Positions 1-11,800 of a stretch of 64,000 bases of DNA are shown piece by piece. Under the pieces are notes generated by a model that saw only the letters and a program-made list of their open reading frames with translations, searched no databases and was not told where the DNA came from. Both the position numbers and the translations under genes were made by a program. Location: the NCBI GenBank assembly GCA_003693705.1, contig RBZT01000853.1, positions 209 to 64,208 of the forward strand, read 5' to 3'. The stretch comes from Polymyxa betae A26-41 (Eukaryota; Protista; Endomyxa: Phytomyxea). The first letter of the stretch is position 1. Each line of letters opens with the position of its first letter.

Positions 1-1
1 G

Positions 2-670
2 GCGAACGATAAGGCAATTTGAAATTATTCCAAATTCGGATCCAAAATCGGCTCAGTTTTACCAAAGAGACTTCATGGCCTTGGAGACGCCGGGTTCAAA
101 TTGTCAGAATATTTGCTGATTCCTTATCCCATTCGAGATAATATGCTTGCTGACGAATCACATTATAACTACCTGCATTCCAAGACCAGAATTACTGTGG
201 AACGAGCGTTTGGCATGATCAAGAATCGCTTCCGCATCTTCCAAACCAAACTCAGCCAGAAAGTGCACTTCGATACAGGCGAATCTGCAACATTGCAGAT
301 GGCCAAAATAATTGAGGCGTGCTTCATCTTGCATAACATTCTGATTGATCTTCGGGACCAACAGAACGATGATGACAATGTCTGCAGCTTTATCCCAGAG
401 CTGGATACAGGGTTTCCCAGCATATGCAGGAGCACGCAGGGAAACGAAAACGAGATCGGATCAAAACGTATCTTTATTCCAATCACTGATTCTACTGTTT
501 GCTTGCTAAACTCTGCACTAAGGAACGAAGTAGATTATTCGTTTCTTCCGTCTGTACAGCCTGCCGCTCCAGCAAGGCTCCGATGCTGTCCAGCTTACTC
601 GGTTCTACCTCTTTTGGAGCCGCCAAAGCTGAGGCAAGCATTTGGCCCATGCCAAGCAAGCCCTTCTTGA
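2..670 (+). pseudogene. Harbinger/HARBI1-like DDE transposase, C-terminal part, with in-frame stop
   Basis: Frame 2 reads ANDKAI*NYS...LGDAGFKLSEYLLIPY...YNYLHSKTRITVERAFGMIKNRFRIF...IIEACFILHNIL. It has GD-x-G-F and VERAFG motifs, and a TGA at 20-22. Confidence 0.8.
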
Positions 671-1280
671 TCTCCTTGCCAATCGAGACGTCAGGTTCGC
701 TCACAGCACGCTTGGGTCTCCGAGGGGTCACCACTGTTTGTACAGATGGCGCCTTTTGGGCAAAGCCTGCGACTTCCAAGACCCCATTATTAGTAAGTGA
801 TCCAGAGTCTTCAGCCTTGCCAACTTGAGGCGCTACACTGTTGAGACAATCGTGGGCCGAACCCTCATTACCGCCGAAATGAGATACCAGTGAGTCCCAG
901 TATTCCGGTTTCCTGAGAAGTTTTACGTTTCCAGTTGATTTTTCGTCGATATTCGTCAGCTGTCGATAGGCCCGCTGCACATCCTGGTACTTCCGCTTAA
1001 CTTTGTCTACAGATATGTCCATATTGAAGGTATTATTGACATCACTTGTGATTCGATTCCATCCTTTCGCAATCGTATTTTTGTTTTTCGAATCCACGAA
1101 GAAAGTTCGATGAAATTCCTTCAAATCCAGCATCATTTCAACCATTTCCGTTGACCATTGTACATCCGGAGCGCTGTCTTCAGTCTTCGCAGGCCTGCCT
1201 CGCTTCTTAGTAGCAGGAACGCTTGCTGACGTCGCAACGTCGACCGTTGGGGAAACTTCAGGGACATCGGGAGACGACAT
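492..1280 (-). CDS. Myb/SANT-like DNA-binding protein with AT-hook (Harbinger ORF2)
   Basis: Intronless 262 aa. AT-hook KKRGRP, then W..EMVEMMLDL...W..I...VN.......DKVKRKY...YW spacing typical of Myb/SANT-like domains. Confidence 0.75.
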   Translation of the reverse strand: MSSPDVPEVSPTVDVATSASVPATKKRGRPAKTEDSAPDVQWSTEMVEMMLDLKEFHRTFFVDSKNKNTIAKGWNRITSDVNNTFNMDISVDKVKRKYQDVQRAYRQLTNIDEKSTGNVKLLRKPEYWDSLVSHFGGNEGSAHDCLNSVAPQVGKAEDSGSLTNNGVLEVAGFAQKAPSVQTVVTPRRPKRAVSEPDVSIGKEIKKGLLGMGQMLASALAAPKEVEPSKLDSIGALLERQAVQTEETNNLLRSLVQSLASKQ

Positions 1281-1974
1281 TGTTAGAGACTACACACAAC
1301 GCAGTTCGCAGGACTCACGATCTCATTTATTACTTCATTTAATATACAGTCATTTTCAGCATTTTTCGGATGTCATACCTGGACCGCCTTTTTTTATAAT
1401 TTAAAATTGATAGTTGGAATGGGTTGGATTATTTATGGTATGGGGTATAATTTTGTTAATTTGTTTTGGGGCGAGCATATTTGGATTATTTTTTATTTTT
1501 GGATTTATGAATTTGAAATTATAAAACGAAAATATATTTGGGGGCGGGGTGGATTATTTATTGTTATGGAAAGGGTGGGCATTTTCAAAGATTTTTGTGG
1601 AACGTGGCTTGATAAATAAGAATGTGGTTTGGGACTTATTGTATGGGAGTTGTTTTTTAAAAATAAAAAGAGATGTCATCCTTTGAAATGGGATTTTGAA
1701 AATGACGCTTTTGGGTCAAAAACATTAACGGGTTCATTAACGGGTCATCATCTGGGGGGAGTAAAGAGACAAGAAGATTACAGGAAGTTGTAGTGTCCAA
1801 TCCTAGCGCGACCACGTGTACTGTCCCTGGGGGGCCGGGCCGCCCCAACAGCCCACGATCTCCCTTGGTACCAGTACAGTTAATAAGACCTGAGCTGACC
1901 CGATCAAAATCCGCAATCTAATCACCAGGGTCTTGAGCTCTTGCCCTCATTTTCCAATCTGATCTACAATAATC

Positions 1975-2292
1975 ATGACTGGAGACGCTAAGAAGGGTGC
2001 TAAGATCTTCAAGACGAAATGCATGCAATGCCACACTGCCGAGAGCGGTGGCGGCCATAAACAGGGACCTTCCCTGAATGGTATCATCGGACGCCAGGCT
2101 GGTAGTGCTGAAGGATACGCTTTCACAGCCGCTAACAAGAACTCGGGGATCACGTGGTCGGAAGCCGAGCTGGATGTGTATTTGCAGGACCCGAAAAAGA
2201 GAATCCCGGGCACCAAGATGGTTTTCGGTGGTCTCAAGAAGCCATCTGAGCGTGCTGATCTGATCGCCTTTCTTAAAGAACAAGCTGCGTGA
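1975..2292 (+). CDS. CYC1: Cytochrome c
   Basis: [18 protein letters not shown] (CxxCH haem motif), [19 protein letters not shown]. Intronless, 105 aa. Confidence 0.98.
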   Translation: MTGDAKKGAKIFKTKCMQCHTAESGGGHKQGPSLNGIIGRQAGSAEGYAFTAANKNSGITWSEAELDVYLQDPKKRIPGTKMVFGGLKKPSERADLIAFLKEQAA

Positions 2293-2566
2293 TTGTACAT
2301 CTGTTTAACCCAATACATTTCTTAGCTGTTTATATTTGTCACAATTTTCTCAATTCATATCGAGAATCATAGCTTTGAGTCGAAATCCCATAACTGAATA
2401 GGTGCAAATTCTGGTCGTAAACGATATATCGTTCGATTCGCCTGAGGGCTTCAAGCAGTTGGTCCCAGCTTGCAAGCGTCGATAACAGCTGGAATCGTGA
2501 GGCGTTGATCGATACTAGGTACCATCAGAACAGTGGCAGGTAGAGTTATCGTGGGATCTTATTATC

Positions 2567-3006
2567 ATGTCAGCATATCCAGGCAATAATGTGGCATTTG
2601 GTCCAGGTGGTATTCCTGGTGGACAACAACCCGTATACCAGCAAGGACCCGATGGACAATTTCATCAGGTCGGTTTCATGTCAACGCCAGGATTTGTAGC
2701 TGCTGCACCCGGATATGCTATGGCACAACCTGCATTTGTTCAACAACAGCCAGTTGTTTACGTTCAACAAGCAGGACCTGGACAGATTTCTTACCAACAG
2801 CAGCCGCAGCCGATCCCAAGCGCACCGGAACCATCTCCGGCTAAAAAGAAACAAGAAAAAGACAAAGATGATGACAGCGGTTGCTGTCTATGTGTGTTAT
2901 GTGCAGCGTTATTTGCTGGATGTAAGCTTGATACGCCACCAATGCATTCAATTGCTCAATTCTATCAGGCGTCGTCTATTTCAAGGCAGCTACAGGAATG
3001 GAATAA
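2567..3006 (+). CDS. Pro/Gln/Gly-rich protein with C-terminal Cys-rich hydrophobic segment (CYSTM-like)
   Basis: Exons 2567-2921 and 2969-3006 (47-nt GT-AG intron) give ...KDDDSGCCLCVLCAALFAGCVVYFKAATGME*. Confidence 0.65.
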
Positions 3007-3071
3007 TACATGGTTCATACAAATTCTCACTAAATCTACATTGCTTGAAAGCAGGCCAACATCAACGCCGT

Positions 3072-3811
3072 TTATTTCTTGCCATCGAGTCGATATCCCT
3101 GACCAGAAAAGGCTTTAAACCCAGGAGGTGCAGCACCGCTTGGCCGATTATTAGGACGATATGATGAATCGCCAGGTGGTGGATAAGCTTGCTGAGGGAA
3201 GCTTGGCATGGAGGCGGCAGGGCCTGGCCCCATTCCAGGTCCGCCCATCACCGCTCCTAATCCATCACGATTAATGATATTTCGTAATTCATCGTACAAG
3301 GCGTTGCTGAGATATACTCCAATAATTGACAAAAGAATATTAACAGGCTCGATCACCTGTAGAGAAGCGTTATTGATTTGAAAAAAACGGCTTGACAGAA
3401 ATCAATCACACCAAGACTGCTATTCGTAGAGGTTCCTGCATATCGTTGTAAGGCTTGGCTTGAATCCCGACAAGAATAACATCAGCTAAGTTCAGATAAG
3501 CATTTATGCCGCTGAATATGGTATAGCATGGGATTTTCTGAACATCGTAGCCATCATTATTACGAATTGCCCAAAACCTGGAATAGTCATTGACTTTGAG
3601 AACAGAAATAATAATCGAAGAAATCGTACCCAAGTCCGATGACGATAATATTAATTAGATTCCAGATGAAGTTCCCCGAGGCGATCAGAACCACAGAGGT
3701 TAGAGCTTGGGCAATGAATACAGGCTTGAGCTTCGAGGCTAAACGTAGAGCTCGTTGGGAAGGTGATATTAGAAGCTGAGGAGCTCCATCACCCATGGGA
3801 AACAGACACAT
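3072..3811 (-). CDS. Multi-pass membrane protein with C-terminal SHP-box-like motif
   Basis: Three exons (ORF pieces 3587-3811, 3406-3633, 3072-3356). About 4 hydrophobic segments, then a Pro/Gly-rich tail ending FKAFSGQGYRLDGKK. Confidence 0.7.
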
Positions 3812-4314
3812 GATGGCCTGATATTGTGATTAATGCTATGGTTTAGTTGGCCGAGAGAGACACACTTAGACAGGCCTCCCTCTCTATATCCTTCTAGTTT
3901 TTTTCCAACCGTTCTCTTAATTTCGTTGCTTTTCATGACGATTATGTCTTAATTGTATTATTTATCGTTGAGCAGTGTCAACCCTCTGCAGCTCAATCTG
4001 GCAAGGGCATTAGGCATTATTGATTTTGTCACATACTATTTATTTCTCTTTTAGAGTTATCATATATGGCATTCTTGTATTGATATTCTAAGTAATATCA
4101 AGCTTCGAATACAGCTTTCAGGATACGAAGACATGGTGAGTGACGACCTGAAATCGTTTTGCAAAATGAAAGCTAAATGCCCATCAAGATAAAGTGCGTC
4201 TTACTTATTGGTTTGTGTTAGCCTGTTGTTGCGAGTGTCAGTATCAGGCAAAGAGATCACTCACTCCATAACTCCATCAGTTCTTCGCCCGACTGACCAG
4301 TCCTAATTTGTAAA

Positions 4315-4845
4315 ATGCATCTGAATCAGAACATACCTAGATCTATGTTCTCTATGTCCCGTATTGGTGCTGAGCCAGAGATCATCCAGCCTGAGTCACA
4401 CCCGCTCCAGGTCCAGCAGCAATCTGTATGCATAATTTTCTTCTGTACATTCACGCTGGATGCTGAACCATGTGCCAGGCTACCAAGCTTGCTTTGGAGC
4501 ATAATACTAGGTCTATGTCTAACCTCTTTGGAACAGGATTTGCTCTGAACGCTCAAATGGATATGGCAGTCTTATCTAAGGTATTCAGACATGAGACATT
4601 TTTGTGGATTTCCGGTTTAAGTTAGTCATGTTCATTTCGAGTCCTTCAAAGCTTATCTTTTAGTTTAATAATTGTGTATCAAGGTGCAACGCCACCCTGG
4701 TCTTCGTTCTAGTAATATCGCTTTGGAGACCTATCTGAACCTCGATTGCACTGTTGACGTGGGCGATTATCTGAACGCTCCTGAGTTTAATGAGCAGATG
4801 GTCGATGGACGTGGTCTTCTTGAAAAGCAATATGGATTGATCTAA
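4315..4845 (+). CDS. UMP1: Proteasome maturation factor UMP1/POMP
   Basis: Exons 4315-4425, 4479-4580 and 4684-4845 give SHPLQ...LFGTGFALNAQMDMAVLSKVQRHPGLRSSNIALETYLNLDCTVDVGDYLNAP...LLEKQYGLI. This matches POMP motifs HPLE, QRLP.L.SSN and G.ED.LN.P. Confidence 0.85.
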
Positions 4846-4961
4846 ACTCTCACTTCAAATCGGACTCCAATTTGACTGCTTCAGATCACAATCCAATACA
4901 CTAACTGCAAAGTTCGATTTGCAAGCTTGCAGCATGCGAGTTATTTATCCCATTCTAATAG

Positions 4962-6259
4962 TCAAGATATCACTTCTTGATCTAAACTCGAGGCGATATA
5001 ATGTGGGAAGAGGCTGTTCAGCAGCTCCATGCACCACGTTTGTTTTTGTACCCAGGACAGAATCCTGGAGCAATTATACGGCCCTACTTTGCATTTAGAA
5101 CGATGAGAGCAACAGGAAAAGGCCAACCTGTAATGCTAATCATCTCTCTAATTTCTTGCTCTCTCGTATTTAACATTTTTTCACAATGCGATCGGTATTC
5201 GTGAAGTAGTTTAGAGACATCGGCAAGCTTCGCATTCAGAACATCAAACCGGATTCGGAACGTTTTCAATTTCTCACGCTGCTCCTCTGAAAGGTTCAGC
5301 AATGAACGCAGCTCATCACTATGATTGCTTGACGTAAATAGAATCCACAATGCATCTGCTGGATGTCCTCTTCCATAACTGATTGTGCATTCAGCTAGAT
5401 TCACATACGCATCAAAAGAAGCCCATATAGAGCGACAATTTTGCAGTAACTTCTCGATTAATTCAGAAAGCGACTCTTCAAGATCCTAGCACAATTTCAG
5501 ATAGATGGAATATCAAGCCTAGGTTCAGACACACATCATCTTTCATTTCGCTAAGTGATGATTGAATGACGCCAATCAGCTCTTGTTGCTCCTGTCTTAA
5601 CGCATCGAGATCGTTCTCAATTTGCTGTTCGACTTCCATATTTTTAGTTATTATTCGATTTTCTTGAGACAGTTCTGAAATCCAACAGTGAGATAACGAA
5701 GACAAAGATAACTATCAGGAAATTAACCTGCTACACGGCTATTTAACTGAATCTCTTCAGCAGATAGACTCCTCAATTGCTCGCTTAATGCCTGGGCTTG
5801 TGTTTCTAAATCAGAAACATATGCCTTCCGTTTCTTTCTCGATCGTCGCGCCCTTTCTAGGATCAGTAATAAGAATCTATGTCATCACACTAGTGAGGAC
5901 AGAAATATCCAACTTTAGCTATTCAGAACCCAAAAGGCAACCTGAATGAGGAATTATGGCAACAAACAGCAACGCGATGCGATTGGTTTAAGTTTAACTA
6001 TACCAGCTTTGTTAGCCATCCTTTGGAGAACATCTCGCTGTCGATGAGCAATAATCGAAGCTAAATCCGACGATGATTGTGTCGCGATGGAGTCGGACTG
6101 CAAAGCACGAGCATTATGAAGATTGGTGGTATTCAGATAGATATCATTGGCGTATACAATAGGGGGCGGTCCTCTGCCTAACGTAGAGCCTTGATTGGAG
6201 ACATACCATAGATCATCGGGGGACTCTGATTCGGCAGGTATCATGTCAATAATCGACAT
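4962..6259 (-). CDS. bZIP transcription factor with helical C-terminal domain
   Basis: The exon near 5750-5860 reads ERARRSRKKRKAYVSDLETQAQALSEQLRSL (basic region plus Leu heptads). The last exon reads ILSWVQKQTWCMELLNSLF. Start is approximate. Confidence 0.7.
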
Positions 6260-6977
6260 GAGGCAATGAAAAGACAAGACGGCGGCGGAACCTGAACCCT
6301 AGTAGCAAACCCTAAATGTACTGACAGGAGCGGGGTGGCATCAGTGTTGGGGGCTTGGGGCCCCGCCTCCCCTCACCCCGGCCCCATCTGGCAACTATTA
6401 TTCCGTTACATGCCCCCCTTCCCGCCCCATCTGGCAACATTCCCATTCATAAATATCATCATCAGATTCTTATCTACTTGTTCATAGATGGAGTTGTATC
6501 GGCCTTCATCTCTTATGTCCAAGTAGACATTTCAATTCAGTCTTTCGCGTTTTTAAAGCACCATATAACGGAAGAGAATTAAACCCTAGACGCCTGATCA
6601 ATAATTCGATTTGCAATCTTGATGCAGATTCGGTCCATCTCGGCTTATTCTTCGTTTTGTACGACAAGATCACAATCTGTCGCATGACATTCCAATACAG
6701 CTGAACACTCAGCTTATCTTCGTTTGGCAGCGGTTATGAATACCGAACTAATATAGGATCACAAAAACCAACAAACAAACGTTCCACTACTGGTCTAGGC
6801 ATTTTTATGGAGGTTCAAAATGAATGGGTCATATAAATTACGTTGTCATTCCAATAATTATTTAACATATTAATAACAAGATCGCGATTAACACTCTCCA
6901 AACGTGCTCGTATGATTTGAAATCCTAAGTGGCGCGTGTCAAAATTTTGTCAAGTCGGATTGGATATTCGATTGCTT

Positions 6978-8796
6978 ATGTCGAACGATAGTCTGAGTCC
7001 ATCGCCGACTCCCATCTCCTCTCAAAGAAACGTCTCAGATGAGGCCGGAAATGACCCTGAGTCGACTCCATATCAGTCGGCAACTTCACATCGACACAAT
7101 CACACTGTATCTTCAATATCTCATATCTCACGAGCCACTATTCATGATGATGATCTGCAATCTACCGTTCCTATTCCATTCGAACAGGTTTGGTCTCTCT
7201 ACCGACTCTGTTGCTAAGTTTTTGAACTTTTTGCAGGATATTGCCTGCTTAGAGAACGGCGAAGGCGAGAAAGAGCAATCTTTTTTGGAGAAAGCGGCAT
7301 CATCGCATATCAGGCAAGACATGTTTGTCGAAAACTCCTACAAACTGATGACAGTGACTGTAGATCGAAATCGGCGTTTGTCGATCTGCCTCACAATAGT
7401 GTTCCTACAAAATTTGAAAGCTTCAGCAGTTCTACAGGCGCCGCTTTTACAACAAATACTGGTCGTCGTCCATCAGTTGTTTGTCTGAAGGTCCCCGTTT
7501 AAAACTCGTAAGAATTACAGTCGAACTGGTTCTTTAGGTCAATGCGAATGCGGCTCGCGCCGGAAAGCATCGTATTCAGCATATCGAGAGTCCAGCGTTG
7601 GTCCTGGAGAGTGGGTTCGATGAGGGGCATGCAGCTCCTGAAAAATACAGCTCAGGCTGTTCCATAAAGTTAAATTCGCCATTAAAGCGTCCATCTCACC
7701 GGAAGCGAATCAGGTAGTTTTTAAACTTCCGATGACAGCGATTTCAAATTGCAGAATTCTATCTGAATGACAGTTTTTTCGAGCACATTGATACAGGACG
7801 CTGACAGTTTTGTAAAGTCATCAGTTGACGATTCCAGAAGATGGAGCTACTCTAACTGATTCCTGGTCTGCCTATCTTGATACGTCCTGCGACAGCTCGT
7901 CGAAATTCATTCCTGTTCGTCCGCACTTTGTTAGAACGTGTCTACAAAAAATCTGATTTAATTTAGGGACCATCAGGAAAAAAGGCTCTACCCAGAACAA
8001 AAGATTCAGCTCTTATAAGAAAGTAAACAAGTGGGCGGATCTTGAGATGTCTTTATTAACTGAGTTATTAGGGATAAGAACCATTCACTGTCTTTTTTAA
8101 TCGGAGAGCACAACATTACACTGTCTGAGAAGGAGCAACAACCGGTTGTGGTCATTGAGCCCAAGAAGCCTGAATCCAACCAGGACAACAAGCCGCCTAC
8201 TTTCATCATTTCGCAGGCACGCTATTGAAAAGCTCGCATTATATTCCTTGTAAGAAGAATTTGTTAGGGGAAGTCTATTGCAGAAGCTTTGAATCGACTT
8301 TCTTTGAAAGAAAACCCGACACCCAAGAATTCTCGACGATCCCGAAGGTCGCATCCGACTCCGAGGAGTATTTCGCGCTTGCGAAAGACTTTGGTGCAAA
8401 TGTACCACTGCTTGACGTTCCCTAATTGTTGCTGAGTCTACGTTTCAGATGTACCTTGATCGTCGATGAAGCAGTTCGCAACCTGTATGATGAGAGTAAA
8501 AGCCAGCGACGGCAAAGAAAGAGAGTTACGCAGCAAGAGATTTTTAACGATATAATTTTAGCCATTTTGAAACAAACAGGAAATACATGGCGCAGGACGT
8601 CATCGCACTCACGACATCGGAGGTCATGGAATACAGCAGATTCGATCTCCGAATCGTAAGCCATTTTGAATCCTCAGTCGAATGTTTACACTTTATAAGG
8701 AACTCCGATGAATCTAGCGTCGATGAAGATATCGATTCGCTAAGCGAAAGTCAATCAATTCTAACTGAACATATTCGATCAGTTCTTCGGAGATGA
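6978..8796 (+). CDS. Hypothetical Ser-rich multi-exon protein
   Basis: Chain of + strand coding-like pieces (6978-7186, ~7238-7510, ~8100-8420, ~8450-8796) separated by GT-AG introns. No family recognised. Confidence 0.5.
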
Positions 8797-8826
8797 TACA
8801 GTATAAAAAGATGGGGTTATATAAAT

Positions 8827-11800
8827 TTATGTCGTAACTGTAATAAGGAATGGTGATCCTGAAATATGCTGCACTGAAGAGAACAGGTTGGTCTGAGGTA
8901 TGACGGTTCTTGTTTGTGAAGTCGAAGACCATTCTAGCTTAGCCTGTCCAGTACCTGTTGTTTTACGAAACTCCATCTTAACGCTGTATAGTAGCGATGC
9001 TGTCGGGAACGTGTACGTTCCATTGTATACTCCTATTTTCCAGTTACTTTCCACGGCTTTGCAACGGTTCATGACCAACATACCCGAGCTACTCGACCAT
9101 GAGTCGATAATCAGAATATCATCGACCCAGAGCCGAGCTTGTTCGTAAACGGTGCAGTAGAACGTATATGTTTGAGCATAAAGAGGTCGGAGATAGCCAG
9201 ACCAACGAACTGAAATATAATCCTGTTTCCTGGTTCAATACTGAAGACATGAAATCGCAATCGCCATGACCTTAGCAGTTGCTGTGATGAGATCAGTCCC
9301 CCATTGAAAATCAACAAATTTGTCTATTCGGTTCATGATATGATCGCCATCAAGCCATCTGTTATGGAAATATTCGCCCAACAGACCATCACCTGATGAA
9401 GACGAGCCACTTGCTAACATGACATTGTACCGGTATTTGCCAATGGCTGGCAGAGTATATCTGGCGATTCGCCAACTGAGTTTGGTTTGATTTCAATATA
9501 CCAAACACATACCCAATCACGTAGTTTCCATTCCCTGAGTCAGTTACATTCCCTCGTACAATATTGTCGGATTTATCGCTGAACGATATAAAGAAGAAGT
9601 GACCTCCAGTGGTCCTGGAGTTTGAATAGGTATCATATGATTGGACTGTAACCATGTTAAAATTACCTCAGACTACTGTGATAATTGCTTACCTGTAAAG
9701 CTGGCAACTGAACCTGAATTGGGGGTTGAAGGAGTTCCACCTGAAACAACAGTTGTTGTCGCACTCGCAGCTGAAGGCAATTACTGTTTATACAGCCGAA
9801 CGGAGTTACAATTACCAGCAGGCGAAACGATAGTATTGATGGAAGACCCAATTGATACGCCATTAACAGTTATTGACGTGACATAGGTCCCAGAGACGGT
9901 GGCAGTATAATTACCTAACACAATCTTAATATAAAGCCATTGCTCACAAGAACAACTGACAGATATACGTTCCATCACCGATATCGATTATATTAACTGA
10001 TGCGTAAGACGGGTTGTTGAACATCTACATTCGCGAATGCTCAGCAATGGATATTGCAGCAACCAGGCATGCATACTGTTACTGTGATTGCATCACCGCC
10101 AACGGCCCGAAGATTGTCTGAAGCATCCTTTACCGTTAGAAGGAATGTGTTCTAATGCGACTGATAAGCTGACATGAAGTATACCAAATTCAGAAACATT
10201 ACGGGAGTGCCGGCAATGGCAGCAGTTGCGCCGGATCCAGAGACAATCGTCTTGGCTGAGACATCAATTTAGTCTTTTGGAGATAAATACGAATGCGACA
10301 GACTTGGACTGGTAGCACCAACGGGGACGTTCAGAGTCCATGGACTTCCGTAAATGTGCTGATTAAAGAGAAGAAGGGACAAGACGTAAGATCCAGCTAC
10401 TGAAAGGATGTGAGCAACACAATTCAAAGTGAAATTAAAAAAAACCAAGGAACCTGAAGCTGTGAACGTGACAGAATACTGTCCTGTGCTGCTACCAACA
10501 TTGGTGATAACAGGAGTAATAGTTGTTGGTGAGTATACAGCTACCAGCGACGACGAAAAATTCGCTGCAACACCGATCAGAACAGAGAAATTTGCTGTGC
10601 TTGGTGCTGACCTTGATGCCCACCAGAGATATCTAAATTCCCGTATCTATCTCTGGCTGTGATTGTAACTGAGGTCGATGTTGCAATGGGAATCGTTAAT
10701 GAGTTTAAACAAGTTCCAGAAGCAGTCGTCTTGGCCATGTTTAAAGTTCCTTGAGTAACAGAGATCCCTATTCAAAATGGTTAGCTCTATGATAGCTCTA
10801 ACTTCATATAGAATGTTACCTGTATAGGGAGAAGAGGCAACATTACGATTGTAATACAACGCACTAGATGGTACTATCGTTTTGGAGATAGAATCAGAAG
10901 ACCAGAAAAGTTTCACTTGGGCTTGTCCAACATCAGCTGTATGATCTTGTTATTGCAATGCCCTTGCAGTAATTGAAATATTGAATTACCATTAAATTCA
11001 ATTGTGATGTCTACAGGCAGATTCGACACTAAAACAATATCTCCAAACACATCGCCTGCTCCAAGAGCACTTGTCCAGGCATTGATTACCATGATTGCTA
11101 AAACAACCTCATCAGAATAACAAGAGAAAGAAGCAGAAATGCAGCGATTACAGTTTATATACAAGCGGACTCCAGTATTGGCATACAGAGGAATAGTGAA
11201 TCGAAATAGTTCTGAGGTCGGCGGAATGATGCTTCCGGTCCAGCGTACAGAGAACCTAGCACAGTTGAGTTATATGACAATCCGATCAATATTATGATTT
11301 GCTAACATGTCAGCAGGTAAACCCGATACTGATGGTTGATATCCCCAGTCGTGATTGATTGTTGTAGAAAGAATGTTAGACGAATATGCCACCGTCATGT
11401 ACTAATTGGGCGATTATTTGAGGTTCCAGATTGCAATGTGAATACATTACAGGGTCGGAATAATAAGTTGTATCAAGTCCTCCAGCTTGGGCCAGTTTCA
11501 CCGAAACTAATCACTTGGTTAATGGAAGAGACATATAATTAAAAGGAAGCAACCTGAATGTGAACCGGCCTGCATTGGTGTATAGGAAACTGTATACGAG
11601 CCAGTTCCCAAATCGGTAAGTGAAACCGGCAACGGTTTTGCATCCGGTTGTGTTACGATCACGTAAAGACGATTGCCGCCACGAACTAGCAAATTCGATG
11701 CAGAATCTTTCAGATTGATGGTCAATCCAACTGCAGTTCCTGCGACGGAACTTGACAGGCCAGTTCCAGCGATCTTGGTCAGAGTTAATATTTGCAATGT

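Larger units (their letters stand above)
1..1389. mobile_element. PIF/Harbinger DNA transposon (right part: transposase C-terminus plus convergent Myb/SANT gene)
   Basis: A DDE_Tnp_4-type transposase on + converges on a Myb/SANT-like ORF on -, the typical two-gene Harbinger layout. The right end is estimated from the abrupt composition change after ...TGGACCGCCT (1389). The left end lies outside the window. Confidence 0.75.

Noticed and set aside
20-22. TGA as recoding (selenocysteine or alternative genetic code)
   Set aside because: TGA terminates normal genes here (cytochrome c, RPC2), so a nonsense mutation in a transposon is simpler.
1407-1619. 70-aa hydrophobic ORF
   Set aside because: A by-product of the T/G-rich tract, with a TTG start and no recognisable motif.
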